64,000 nt of DNA, taken from Chrysemys picta bellii. Lineage: Eukaryota. A program made the position numbers and the translations under genes. Of the stretch, positions 13,180 to 24,469 are shown piece after piece. Where the stretch lies: the NCBI RefSeq assembly GCF_011386835.1, contig NC_088798.1:101432001-101496000 (forward strand), in the 5' to 3' direction. The first letter of the stretch is position 1, and each line of letters opens with the position of its first letter. The notes below the pieces were generated by a model that ran no database searches, was not told where the DNA came from, and saw nothing but the letters and a program-made list of their open reading frames with translations.

Positions 13180-14499
13180 CAGTAACAAAAGAATACTGTG
13201 TGTGTTGCAAGAAAGGATCCCTGAGGCCACCTTTAAGGATCAGTTACAGAAAGGGACATTACACCTCCAAGTTTTATCATCAACATTTTGAGAAGCCAGG
13301 GAAGAAAAGAAAATTCCAGCTGCAGAAGTAAAACGATAGAAGAAAACAATTAAGTTAGGAGAAACTGAACAAATGTCAAATCTTGTGCCGGGATACGAAT
13401 AATCACTACACTGAGAAATTCAGTCACTCAGTGCTGCTGCTGTGGGATTCCGAGGAATAGTTCTATACTCATCCTCTGTGGAAAAACAGTTAGAGGCTGC
13501 ACGTAAAGGAAATGTTCAAGTCATCTTTGACATGACATGACAGAGCTCCATATGCTAAGAGCACAGCACGTGGCATGGGAGGAGACAGACACAGAAAGGC
13601 AACCAAGTTTCAACAAAGTCCTGACACTGGGAACTACACCTAGCTCTGGCCTTATTCACACAAGTGACATGAACTACACTGTGTGTGAGTAAGATAAGCA
13701 GGACCTGGTCCCTAAGTAAAACCCATAAAGTCTTGCGTTGAACTGAATGAATTAAAAAAAAAGCAATAATAAAAGTCATGTAAAGGAACCCAAGACATCT
13801 TTACAAGAAAAAAGACCCACATCTGTGAAGTCTTTATCTGTGCTTCAGAGCAAGCAAAAGACTCAGTACAGACACGGATATGTTTATTGGAAAAAAAAAA
13901 AAAGGGAGGTAGAGGACAGAGTCAGAGGCACTTATGCAGAGATCAATACACAAATAGCTCAGAGAGACGGATCTGAGAACATCATCTCCCTTTGTGGCAC
14001 TCATAGGACACAGCCAACAAAAATAAATGCCGTGTGGGCTCACACGCCCACCCACAAGCTGCTACCTCTGCAGTTTGCATTCTGCTAGATCTCTAGATCA
14101 TTATGCTCAGCTCCATAGCCCGGGCAAGTAGAGCTTCAGCGATACCATCTACCCTCTCCCCTCCACACTCCAGTAGGTCACTCCAACCTGTTCCACCGGT
14201 CAGAAGGCACCACTTTTCACATGCCTTTTATTCTTCCCAGCCAGGAAGCACATGACACTATGAGCTGAAAGGGAAGGAGGGAGGGAAGTTAGCAAGATAA
14301 TAGGAGTGGGTGATAAATGCTTCCATCCAATCCCAAGCATGCATATTCAGGACAAATATAGCATCTCCTAAGGCATCTTTGGAGGTGTTGGAATGACTGG
14401 ATGAATTAATTCAACTCATCCCATACACCCTTTCAAAAAACCTAAGGTCTTTGACAAACCAGAATCAAGCCTTGCTTGCGTCACGTCTTAATTTAAAGC

Positions 14500-14755
14500 A
14501 CTGTTATTAATTATTTGTATTAGCACTATATCTACAGACAACAACGGATAGCAGGGCCCCCCTGTGCTAGCCAGTGTGCACATTAGCCAAGCCCTGCTCC
14601 AAAGAATTGAAATAGACAAGACAAAGGTAGGAGGGGAAACAGACAGGAAGTGAGTTGCCTACGGTCACGCAACAGGTCAGGGTCAACGCCAGGAGACCTG
14701 GGTTGTGTTCCTGACTTCCAGTCCTGTGCTCTACCCACTGGACCATGCTGTTTTT
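14500..14755 (-). mobile_element. MIR/CORE-SINE remnant
   Basis: Minus strand head cagcatggtccagtgggtagagcacaggactggaagtcagg and core gtgaccgtaggcaactcactt. Confidence 0.55.
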
Positions 14756-15504
14756 TGCTGCTGATTAGACTTTGCAACCACTGCTCTCACATCTGCAAGC
14801 ACTTCATATGTATACCTCGCATACTGCCTCAATACCCATTACTGTGTCTATATACTGCAATGCCATTGCTCTTTCTAGCCTGCATTAACTCAGGGGGCTA
14901 GTCAGTTCTTCTCTCCCGTCTTTGATATTGCCTTGTTCATAGAGCACTGCAGGCCGCCCTGCACCGTATTTCTTGTGCTCCACATGGACACTGTCTGGTT
15001 CATAGCTCTTTTTTGTTGTTTTTTTAAACCAAGGATCTGTTCAAATTGCCTGTGAGGAGAATACACAAGCATGTCAGAGAACACAACAGCAGCCCTTTCA
15101 CACACACAAGAGGAGAGCAGATTCTGAAGTGATGCCGAAGATCTGGATTGCTGCTGGCTGCTTCTGTGCTTCCAAAAACACACAATCCCTCTACAGTAAC
15201 GGTCCCAAACATTCCAATCACGTCACTGCAGCTTTTGCAGTCATTATTGGAGTGGATCTGGTTTTGTTTTATTTCAAAATGTTGTACATTATAATGACCA
15301 TCCTTGCAGAACAAAACAAAACCATCAAACCTCCATGGGAAGTGCTTTTAAAAAATAATGAAGGGAAAGCAATCAGTTTAGGAACACTGCTCCAAATTCA
15401 GATCTGGAGTTAGCAAGGGTAAGTCCCATGACCTTCAGTGGGCGATGTGCCTGCTTATTCCAGAGCTTCAAAGTCTTGGTTTTAAACAATACGTAACTAG
15501 AAGA

Positions 15505-15890
15505 GATCAGCTGGCTAAAGGCACTGGCATAGGGAGTCCTTCATCTCAAGGTCATTGGTTCAAATCCAGTACAGGTCTACACTGATTGAGAGTTGCTGAA
15601 CAGCAATGGGATGATAGTACATAGGTAATGAATGGCTGGTCTACGTTTGGATCCTGCTTGTCCAGTGTCTTCTTTTCTACCAGCTAACCCTATGAGCACC
15701 TTCCTCATGGGCATGGCCATAAGATTTTTCTCCTTGAGTGAATTTCTCTGCCCCGGAAGAGGTCCCTTTCAGGCCAAGCATGACACATACTAGAGGCTTT
15801 CACAAACAGCTCACTACTGCTGCGTGGGTCCTGTGGATAAATACAAGAACTTGGTTTCCCCACTGCTATCAAGTTTCATCTCTGAGCAGT
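15505..15890 (+). mobile_element. LF-SINE-like ancient element
   Basis: tRNA-like head (ccttcatctcaaggtcattggttcaaatccag) and 3' part (ctgtggataaatacaagaactt...tgctatcaa) resemble the recalled LF-SINE consensus. Confidence 0.55.
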
Positions 15891-16835
15891 AACACAAAGA
15901 ACATGAAGACTATTCAGATTATTGTAAAGGGTCACGCTCCACAAAGTGAAACAATGTGGAGGTACAGAGAAGTACTTCTGACCTTGCAATAGGGAGCCTC
16001 AGAACTTAAATATGGGATCAGCCAGACCTAAACTGAACCCAGGAGAGGCCTGATAGTGACCTAGCGCTCAACTTGTTTTACAACCAGAGCAGCAGCAAAT
16101 AGTAATCGTTATAACTATAGCCAAAGGTAGTTTACAAAAAAAGTCACATGATTGTGGTTAGATGGTTACTGTTTAACTTTCAGATCTGAGCATTACTGGG
16201 CCCCACAGAATTCCAGTACAGGAACAGCAACAGCGTCTACCTGCCTTTATTAATGCCCGTTAATCATGATGGCTGGTTTCAGGCAGACATGACCTCTAAG
16301 GATCATAGGCTCCTCCGGGGCTGTGCTCTTGTTGACTGGTGTAGTAACTACCACAGACAGTAACAAATATTCTCAGTACAAACCTTGGAGCAGCATACTC
16401 TTTCTTGCTTTGCTCCTTACACGTAGCGGCATTATTATTACCGCTAACATCCAATCCCAAGATACCGTCTCAGCTCTCTAGCTTTTTAACAGCTTAGATT
16501 TCTCAGCCTTACGAAGAAAAAACTTCCTGGCAAACAAAGTACCTATCAACGCACTCCTGCTTATACAGACGTACATCCCACAACGTCAACCATCAATTTT
16601 ATTTTTTAAGCGAATCCACCTTCTATTTCCCACACCCCAAAAGCCACTGATGCATGCAATCCCAGCAGAACACCAAGCGCAACACATGAACTCACATTTG
16701 CATCTCCCCCTTTCCCATTCAGTTAGGACCATATTCTTTCTGGCACAAACTTTGCCTGGCTCTGCTATAGCTTTTAAGTCACGACAAAGAAAACACCTTT
16801 CGCAGATGATTAGCAAGGAATTCAATTCTTCCAAT

Positions 16836-17241
16836 GTTAGGTTTCAGAGTAGCAGCCGTGTTAGTCTGTATCCGCAAAAAGAAGAACAGGAGTACTTGTG
16901 GCACCTTAGAGACTAACAAATTTATTAGAGCATAAGCTTTCATGGACTACAGCCCACTTCTTTGGATGCATATAGAATGGAACATATATTGAGGAGATAT
17001 ATATACACACATACAGAGAGCATAAACAGGTGGGAGTTGTCTTACCAACTCTGAGAGGCCAATTAATTAAGAGAAAAAAAAAAACTTTTGAAGTGATAAT
17101 CAAGATAGCCCAGTACAGACAGTTTGATAAGAAGTGTGAGCATACTTACAAGGGGAGAGAGAATCAATGTTTGTAATGGCTCAGCCATTCCCAGTCCTTA
17201 TTCAAACCGGAGTTGATTGTGTCTAGTTTGCATATCATATT
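16836..17241 (-). mobile_element. 5'-truncated Penelope-like element (GIY-YIG C-terminus, 3'UTR, pLTR)
   Basis: Encodes ICKLDTINSGLNKDWEWLSHYKH*. Decayed hammerhead at 16930-16969. 11-bp TSD ATTCTTCCAAT (16825-16835 / 17242-17252). Confidence 0.88.
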
Positions 17242-18028
17242 ATTCTTCCAATAAAGCTGACAGAAAGAGGCCCAATTTAAGCCCCTTTTAAAGGGGGGGG
17301 GGGGGGGGGGAGCATCCATGTAGAGACACAAAACAGTAGCTCCCAGCTCTCTTTTGACCCTCCTCCAACACTTTGGTGACCACAAATCAAGGAGCATCAC
17401 AGAACGTTCCCAAAACTGGGTTTCCCACATAACGCATTGGGCTGAAGTCAAGCTATCACAAAACTCGTTCAGAGGACCTTAAAATCCAATTTGTTTGATT
17501 ACTGGGTATTTGGGATTGTTTTTCAAGAAGGGAAGGCGAGTGAGGGAACAATGTGGCCTCCTGGTAGCTGCTCCTTTAAGAAGAGGACCAAAGAGCAGAT
17601 GGCCCAGGTGGAGGGGGAAGTTAAAGGTCTCCTATGTACTCAGGACAGCAACAGGAGGAGAGTCAGCAGCTGCAGAGCCCTGCAAAGAGGTAGAGTTGGG
17701 TGGGGTGGCAGTATGGATTGGAATTATTTGAAGAGGGGAAGAATTGTTTGGGATATAACTGATCTGTTGGAGGCACAGAGATGATTTGTCAGGTGGGAAC
17801 AAAGATTTGCCAATGGAAATTCAATATGCATGGCCAAGGGGCTTGGGAACAGGGAGGGAACTGCAGAGCAGGTGTCTTCCAGCTGAGCTAACAGGCTGAG
17901 TCTTCAGTTGAGTTAGGTGTTGTGGAAATATTCCATCCCTATCCTCAGACTTTTTCCGCTCTTGACCTTTTTGCCTTAACACAATACCTAATCTTGCCAA
18001 CGCTGAAGCGTGCATGTAATTTTGCTTA

Positions 18029-18866
18029 CATAGAATCATAGAACTGGAAGGGACCTGAAAAGGTCATCTAGTCCCGTCCCCTGCACTCGTGGCAGGACTA
18101 AGTATTATCTAGACCATCCCTGATAGGTGTTTGCCCAACCTACTCTTAAAAATCTCCAGTGATGGAGATTCCACAACCTCCCTAGGAAATTTATTCCAGT
18201 GCTTAACCACCCTGACAGTTAGGAAGTTTTCCCTAACTTCCAACCTAAACCTCCCTTGCTGCAATTTAAGCCCATTGCTTCTTGTCCTATCCTCAGAGGT
18301 TAACGAGAACAATTTTTCACCCTCCTTGTAACAACCTTTCGCATACTTGAAAACTGTTACTATGTCCCCTCTCAGTCTCCTCTTCTCCAAACTAAGCAAA
18401 CCCAATTTTTCAATCTTTGCTCACAGGTCATGTTTTTTAGACCTTTAATCATTTTTGTTGCTCTTCTCTGGACTTCCTCCAATTTGTCCACACCCTTCCT
18501 GAAATGTGGCGCCCAGAACTGGACACAACGCTCCAGCTGAGGCCTAATCAGCGCGGAGTAGAGCAGAAGAATTACTTCTCGTGTTTTGCTTACAACACTC
18601 CTGCTATATACATCCCAGAATGATGTTGGCTTTTTTTGCAACAGTGTTACACTGTTGACTTATATTTAGCTTGTGGTCCACAATGACCCCCCAGATCCCT
18701 TTCTGCAGTACTCCCTCCTAGGCAGTCATTTCCCATTTTGTATGTGTGCGCAACTGATTGTTCCTTCCTAAGTGGAGTACTTCGCATTTGTCCTTATTGA
18801 ATTTCATCTTAGCTACTTCAGACCATTTCTCCAGTTTGATGATCACTTTGAATTATAATCCTATAA
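18029..18866 (-). mobile_element. CR1 LINE, 5'-truncated
   Basis: RT C-terminal peptides (VQFWAPHFRKGVDKLEEVQRRATKMI; [26 protein letters not shown]) and a (TTCTATGA)n tail. Confidence 0.92.
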
Positions 18867-19012
18867 TCACGGACAGGGTTTCCAAAGCCTTGGTCTGAGT
18901 ACTGCCATTGGAGTCAAGACTTCTACCATTCGCTTCAGCGGGAGCAGAATTAAACCAATGCCGAACACTTCGGAACATCTCCATCTCTTGTGTTCAAGTG
19001 TTTGTAGGACAA

Positions 19013-19115
19013 GGCCTTTGGACTGTAAGCTCCGAGACAGGGACTTTTGTGGGAGGACGTGCGTGCGATGTACCATGCAAATTTATAGCACTGTATAAAT
19101 GTTTGATATAAATAA
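19013..19115 (+). mobile_element. L2-type 3' end remnant
   Basis: ggactgtaagctccgagacagggac...aataaataaa resembles L2 3' termini. Confidence 0.5.
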
Positions 19116-19533
19116 ATAAAAAAACATACTTTAACACCCTAAATTCTGGTCTAGAAAAGTCAAACATCTCACTTCAAAAGCTATCTACCAACCCACATAC
19201 AATTCCTTCTGTGTCCCACACTGCAGAGATCTCTGACCTGAGGGACACACACGGTAGCATCCAATTTTTACCAAGTGCTGCCAGTGTCCTCAAACCTGCA
19301 CAAGACACGGTCCCCTGTCCAAGGGGGATTTAGCCAAGAGATTTTTCAAGCACATTCATTGGTATAAGCAGCTAGGGACTTCAATACATTTCTTCTTTTC
19401 CAGGAAAAGACCTCCATACAGCCCCGAGCCCACCCCATCTGCAGCAGGTCTATCGTGAAGACATGACAGTGTGTGTCTTGGAATCTGCAGGGCACACTCA
19501 AGCACAGAACTTTGTTTGGAGACAGAAAAGTAC

Positions 19534-19640
19534 CTGTAAACATTGCACAAAAATAGGGGCTGCAGGCTGCTAGGACAACGCGATGGGCTTCCATCTCAAT
19601 GGCTTCGGCAACAATCACCACGTCACAGAGGAGCCGCTTG
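19534..19640 (-). CDS. KLHL3: KLHL3 coding exon 3, BTB domain ([35 protein letters not shown])
   Basis: ttttccag|C AAG ... ACA G|gtactt, 107 nt, with the BTB motif [12 protein letters not shown]. Confidence 0.97.
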
Positions 19641-20349
19641 CTGGAAAACACCAGAGAAGACAACATGGTTTCAGAACATCTGGCCATGCAAAGGGACCTT
19701 TGTAAATACCCTTGGGGAAAATGAGCAGAGTTCCTACGTCACAAACAAGTGACCTGAATCATCCAGCAAGACCTGACAACTGCTGGAGTCTCAGTGGAAG
19801 GTTGAAACACAAAGACAACCAGCCTCTGTCAACTTTTCTTTATGGAGCATATCCTGCTCCCATCCAAAGCGGCAGAGATCCCTGCCTGAAATAGAACTGG
19901 ACACATTCTGTTCCACAAAAGGAAGGATTTGGGAGGCTGGCCACAGGGTTCTGAACCCCAAAGTTCAGATTGCCTCCATCTCCCCCCATAGAATGGCCTA
20001 GGAAAGGGACAAAGGAGCCGCCTAGCAGCTCTGCCACTACATTGATCTGCCACCCACTTTTCCCCATAAAGCAAGGACGTAGCACCAGTAGGGGATGCTG
20101 CAGCTTTAATCTCTTCACAGCCTTGAGAGGGAGGTGGGATAAAAAGGGAGAGTTTTCCTTCCTTTCCCACATGACACAACAGGGCTGGTAGAAAGAGAAG
20201 GTTTGATGCTACAGCACATGAACAACAAAGCAGGTTCCTCAGGTCCGAATAGCACACAAAGGGTTCCTCACGTTATTCTCACGAGCATCACCACAAAGTG
20301 CACTCATTCACTGGAGTCTGCTATTCACCTTGACTGAGTTTAATGCACA

Positions 20350-20530
20350 AGTCAGCATGGGGTTGGGAGTCCAAAAACTTCCAGGTTCTAGCCCCAGTTC
20401 TGCCACTCACTCACTGTGTGGCTTTGGGTAAGTTTTTCATGAATCTGTGCCCATTTTTATCTCCACCACAGTTCTCTCCTTTGAGGATTTGTTAATTGAG
20501 GTTTGTATATCGTAAGTGCTCAGTATTATC
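20350..20530 (+). mobile_element. MIR/CORE-SINE remnant
   Basis: ccaggttctagccccagttctgccactcactcactgtgtggctttgggtaagt core-like segment. Confidence 0.55.
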
Positions 20531-21607
20531 ATAAAATACCTGGTCCCTACTTGAGCATCTAAACGCAGAATAAGGGTGCTCATTGAAGGGGTCACACTAG
20601 GAAAAAAGATCGGTCTACAAATCCAAAATGTCACTTTCTCTTCTATACGGCTTATTGTGCTTTTGCTTTAGAAAACCCCATATCAAACAAAAAACACACT
20701 TAGCCTTCTAACAGACTAGGTACGTCCCCCGCATTTTGTGATACCTAATAAAGCGACTCCCAAAACACTGAAGATTGAGCTGGAAACATGCAGGAAAGAC
20801 AACACCTAGAAACAGATAAGAGACTGCGTGTTCCATATTTATGCCAGCTTTGATGGAATGGTGATGGTAACGGGAGCTTTTATGTGAGCAATACACAATG
20901 CAGGCTTTGGAGATCATTCACTTCAGTCTATCAGGAAGGAACCCAGTTTAGTCCCTCTCTGGGATCCTATCACCTAAAAAGTGCATTTCATGCAAATGAG
21001 ATTTCCATTTCCATTTCGAAGGTGGATGTGCCAAGCAACTAACCCGTCGCAAATAGGTTAGAGGTCTCACTACCCCTCAGAGAGTTTAAATCTAGACTTT
21101 CTGTAAGGGATTACTAGATAAATAGGAATTAAATCACTGTTATTCAAGGTAACCATTTCCACAGGCTGTCTGACAGTATTACGGAGTGCTGGTTCAAAGC
21201 AGTGCACCATACAATCATCAGGATTGCAGACTCCAGAACAGCAGCAAGAGCTGAGAGAAAGCAATGCTAAGGAGCATGCAAAGATGCAGTCTGAAAAGCA
21301 GGTGCTTCAGGGCAGATCTAACCTTCTACAGTCAGCTGAGTAACATACAGGATCTAGCAAAACCCAAGGAACCCAAGAGAGCAGCACTGCTAGGGCCTCC
21401 AGCACACTTCAATTAAAGGAATACAATACTGGATTTTCAACATAACCGCGGCAGCCTGGTGCTCTGCTGCACAAGCACCTGCATTCAGGTCTCCTGATCC
21501 CTGTGCCAGCAGAGGGAGACTGAAAAGGAAACGCACTCAGCATCACAGAATTGAGAGACGGGAAGGATACTTCATAGATATATATATTTTTATAACACAG
21601 AGAAATC

Positions 21608-21788
21608 TGGAGATATACCTATCTCATAGAACTAGAAGGGACCCTGAAAGGTCATCGAGTCCAACCCCCTGCCTTCACTAGCAGGACCAAGTGCTGATTT
21701 TGCCCCAGATCCCTAAGTGGCCCCCTCAAGGATTGAACTCTCAACCCTGGGTTTAGCAGGCCAATACTCAAACCACTGAGCTATCCCC
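21608..21788 (-). mobile_element. Tortoise Pol III-type SINE
   Basis: Near-identical to the 1964-2185 copy. Confidence 0.85.
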
Positions 21789-21918
21789 CAGCCCAAGCAT
21801 AGTGGTATCTGCCACAGAGGGAGAGGATTCCAGTCCTTCTCCTTATTGGAGAATGCATATTTTAGAAGTGTCAACCTATTCAACCCCTCAAAGGGAGGGG
21901 CAGAGGGGAGGGAAGAGA

Positions 21919-21944
21919 GTGTGTGTGTGTGTGTGTGTGTGTGT
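21919..21944. repeat. (GT)13 microsatellite
   Basis: Direct reading. Confidence 0.95.
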
Positions 21945-22813
21945 TACATACACATTTTTCACATTAAATAAATAAAACAGAATAATAGTGTCACAAACCA
22001 AAGATACCATTTGGCAGGCTAAGGACTCAAATAAGTCGCATATAAATGGAAGTCAAATGCTCACTGAATTTCAACCTGCTTCAAGGGAAGATGGCAGACT
22101 CCAGAAACAAGCTGAATGTCATCCACTGCCACTAAATGGCTGACACACCTATAGGCATCTTTTAAAGAACTAGATTTTTTTTTTTTTTAAAGTCCATTTA
22201 AAGTAACAATTCTCCTCTCCCCCACACATACACACACTTGATTGAAGACGTGCTGGAGTTCTTTGAGCAGTGTGAAGTTTTTAAATTGGCTTGTGGGTGG
22301 TGTGATTTTTTTTTTTTTTTTTAAACTTTGCAGTGCCAAGCTGAGATTGAGTGACAGTGAGTCAAAGAGAATGAGAATTCTACTTTAGCAATCCTTGCTC
22401 TGTAATTACGTGTAGGTGTCCTCGTATCTGTAATGTTCTATTATTGGTCTTCAAGCCGTTTGCACTGTTGAAAATATAGTTTGTGTGTGGATTTGCTGTA
22501 AGTAGCAGGAAACTTTAAACCAATTATTGTTTGTAAATGGCAGATATGGCTCTGAAAATGTTTTCTGAGACACAGCCGGCTTCTTTTTGACAAAGAGGAA
22601 GACAGGTGTGTGGGTGGGAATAGCAGTGCTCTATAGTGTCTACACTTTGGCTGCCTCTTCCTACTGTTTTGCTAACACCCTGTTGCGGGACCTCCTTTTG
22701 TGTGGAAGCAAATACACAGAATATTATTTTTTAAAGTGCCCCAAATGACCTTCTGTTCTGATCAGCATGTGTCCGATAAACCAAAGATGATGCATGTTAC
22801 ATGGAAAAAGTAC

Positions 22814-22933
22814 CTCCGTAATTCATTCATGACCTTGAATGCCTTTCCCATGTGAGAAGGATTGACTGTTACCGTGCGCTGGTCCTTCTCCTTATCTTCA
22901 GCTTCATCAGGTGACTGGGAACTCTGTTTGATG
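22814..22933 (-). CDS. KLHL3: KLHL3 coding exon 2 (IKQSSQSPDEAEDKEKDQRTVTVNPSHMGKAFKVMNELR)
   Basis: tttttag|C ATC AAA ... TTA CGG AG|gtactt, 120 nt. The peptide matches the KLHL3 N-terminus and start of the BTB domain. Confidence 0.95.
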
Positions 22934-23303
22934 CTAAAAATGAGGATAAGAGGGAAAGGAAAGTTTATGCTTTTTCGGTGTTGTTGAATCAAGCATAATT
23001 GAATTTAAAGATAGCAATAATTTATGTTACTATAGCTAGCTCTGTCCTGAAGGATCCCCAATGCTTTACAGATTACGGCCCAGCTCCTGGAAACACTTGC
23101 GCATGCAAGTAGCACGAACAGGACAACTCACATGTGTAGAGTCACAGACACTCTCATCCTGGTTTCTAGGATCAGTGTCCATATACGGAAAGGATCCCTG
23201 AAATGCAGCTACCGCTGGTTGGTTAGATGGCCGCAGCCAACCAGACAAGAGTGGGAAGGGGAAGAAATGTGAACCAAGCACATGAGGACAAATTCAAGTC
23301 TAA

Positions 23304-23607
23304 GGATACATTTAAACGTCAAGCTGGGGGTGTGATTCCCCACTTGAGGAGATATGCCCACACGAGCTCTGACCAAGCTAGCGCATTAAAAATAGAGTGC
23401 AGTCGCAGCGGTGCAAGTGGCAAGAAAGGCTAGCTGTCGTGAGTACATGCCTACAGCCTCGGACGAAAACATACTTCGGGTGGCTAGCCCCTTGCGCTGC
23501 CCACGCCCGCATGACTACGCGGTCTTTTTAGCATGCTAGCTCAAACAGAGCAAGTGCAGATATGTTGAGTTGGGAATCAACCCCCAGCTCGAAGTGTGGA
23601 CATACCC
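23304..23607. mobile_element. PIF/Harbinger-type MITE
   Basis: Right TIR GTGTGGACATACCC; flanked by TAA and TGA. Confidence 0.6.
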
Positions 23608-23610
23608 TGA

Positions 23611-24469
23611 GGGTGTGCTTTCACAGCCCGGTTAATCTGAGTTATCACTCATGTGTTAAACCGAACACAACACATGCCCACAAAAATCTCTAACCCGAGT
23701 TAAGTGCTGCTTAAAGGTCGAGCTAGCTGGCCCGTCGGAGGCTGGGGAGCGTGGCTTGAAGCTCGAGTGATGCTGGTGCTCGAGCTGGTAATTCAGTGGG
23801 GCGGCAACAGCTAATCCAAATCATTCTGTAACTCCAGGGTTGCTTTGCAGCGTGGCTGCTCTCACTAGAGCTGGGTTAGCTCACATGCAGTAATGAGGCT
23901 TACCACCTGTCCAGGTTTTCCCAGGATCATCGTTTTTTGAGGCAGCTGTCCCAGGAAATCTGCAAGTCTTCTCAGGATATTCAAACTCCCAGGTTGTGGG
24001 TGTTTAAACAGCTGTACAATAATACACCACTCTGAGCCTGCTCAGAGACGGGGGCCACACCTGCGCTACAGACAGATGGCACAGCGCACCAATGAGGGGT
24101 GGCTCCGGGCGGGGGCAGACTAGCAGGCTGAGCGAGTGATGGTGGCCGCAGCAGGAAACCTGGGGTGCTGCAGCGTCGGCCTGCCCCTGGGCCGGCCTGC
24201 CTCTGCCGACCAGCAACGGGAGCTGGAGCTTGGGAGCCCAGCTTGTGGGGAAGTGAGGGGCTTGGCTTTGGGACGCACGTGTCCCTCCCCCAGCGCTGGG
24301 TGGCAGGGGCAGACCCTGCAGGTTTGTCCTGTGCCCTGGCATAATGGTGGGGAAGTCAGATCTCTGGCATTAATAGGTATGTCCTGGGTTTGTGCATCTC
24401 AGAGGTGGCATCCCTAGCAATAACACAAGTGTACTAACTCCAGCTAACTACTACAGCGAAGACAAGCCC
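23611..24469. mobile_element. PIF/Harbinger-type MITE containing a nested hAT MITE
   Basis: TIRs GGGTGTGCTTTCAC / GCGAAGACAAGCCC; TGA TSD on both sides. Confidence 0.6.
23895..24416. mobile_element. hAT-type MITE (TAGGG-like TIR), nested
   Basis: Ends GAGGCTTACCA / TGGCATCCCTA; 8-bp flanks gcagtaat and gcaataac (6/8 match). Confidence 0.55.

Noticed and set aside
13089-13331. Cys/Val-repeat ORFs
   Set aside because: These are translations of the (TG)38 microsatellite.
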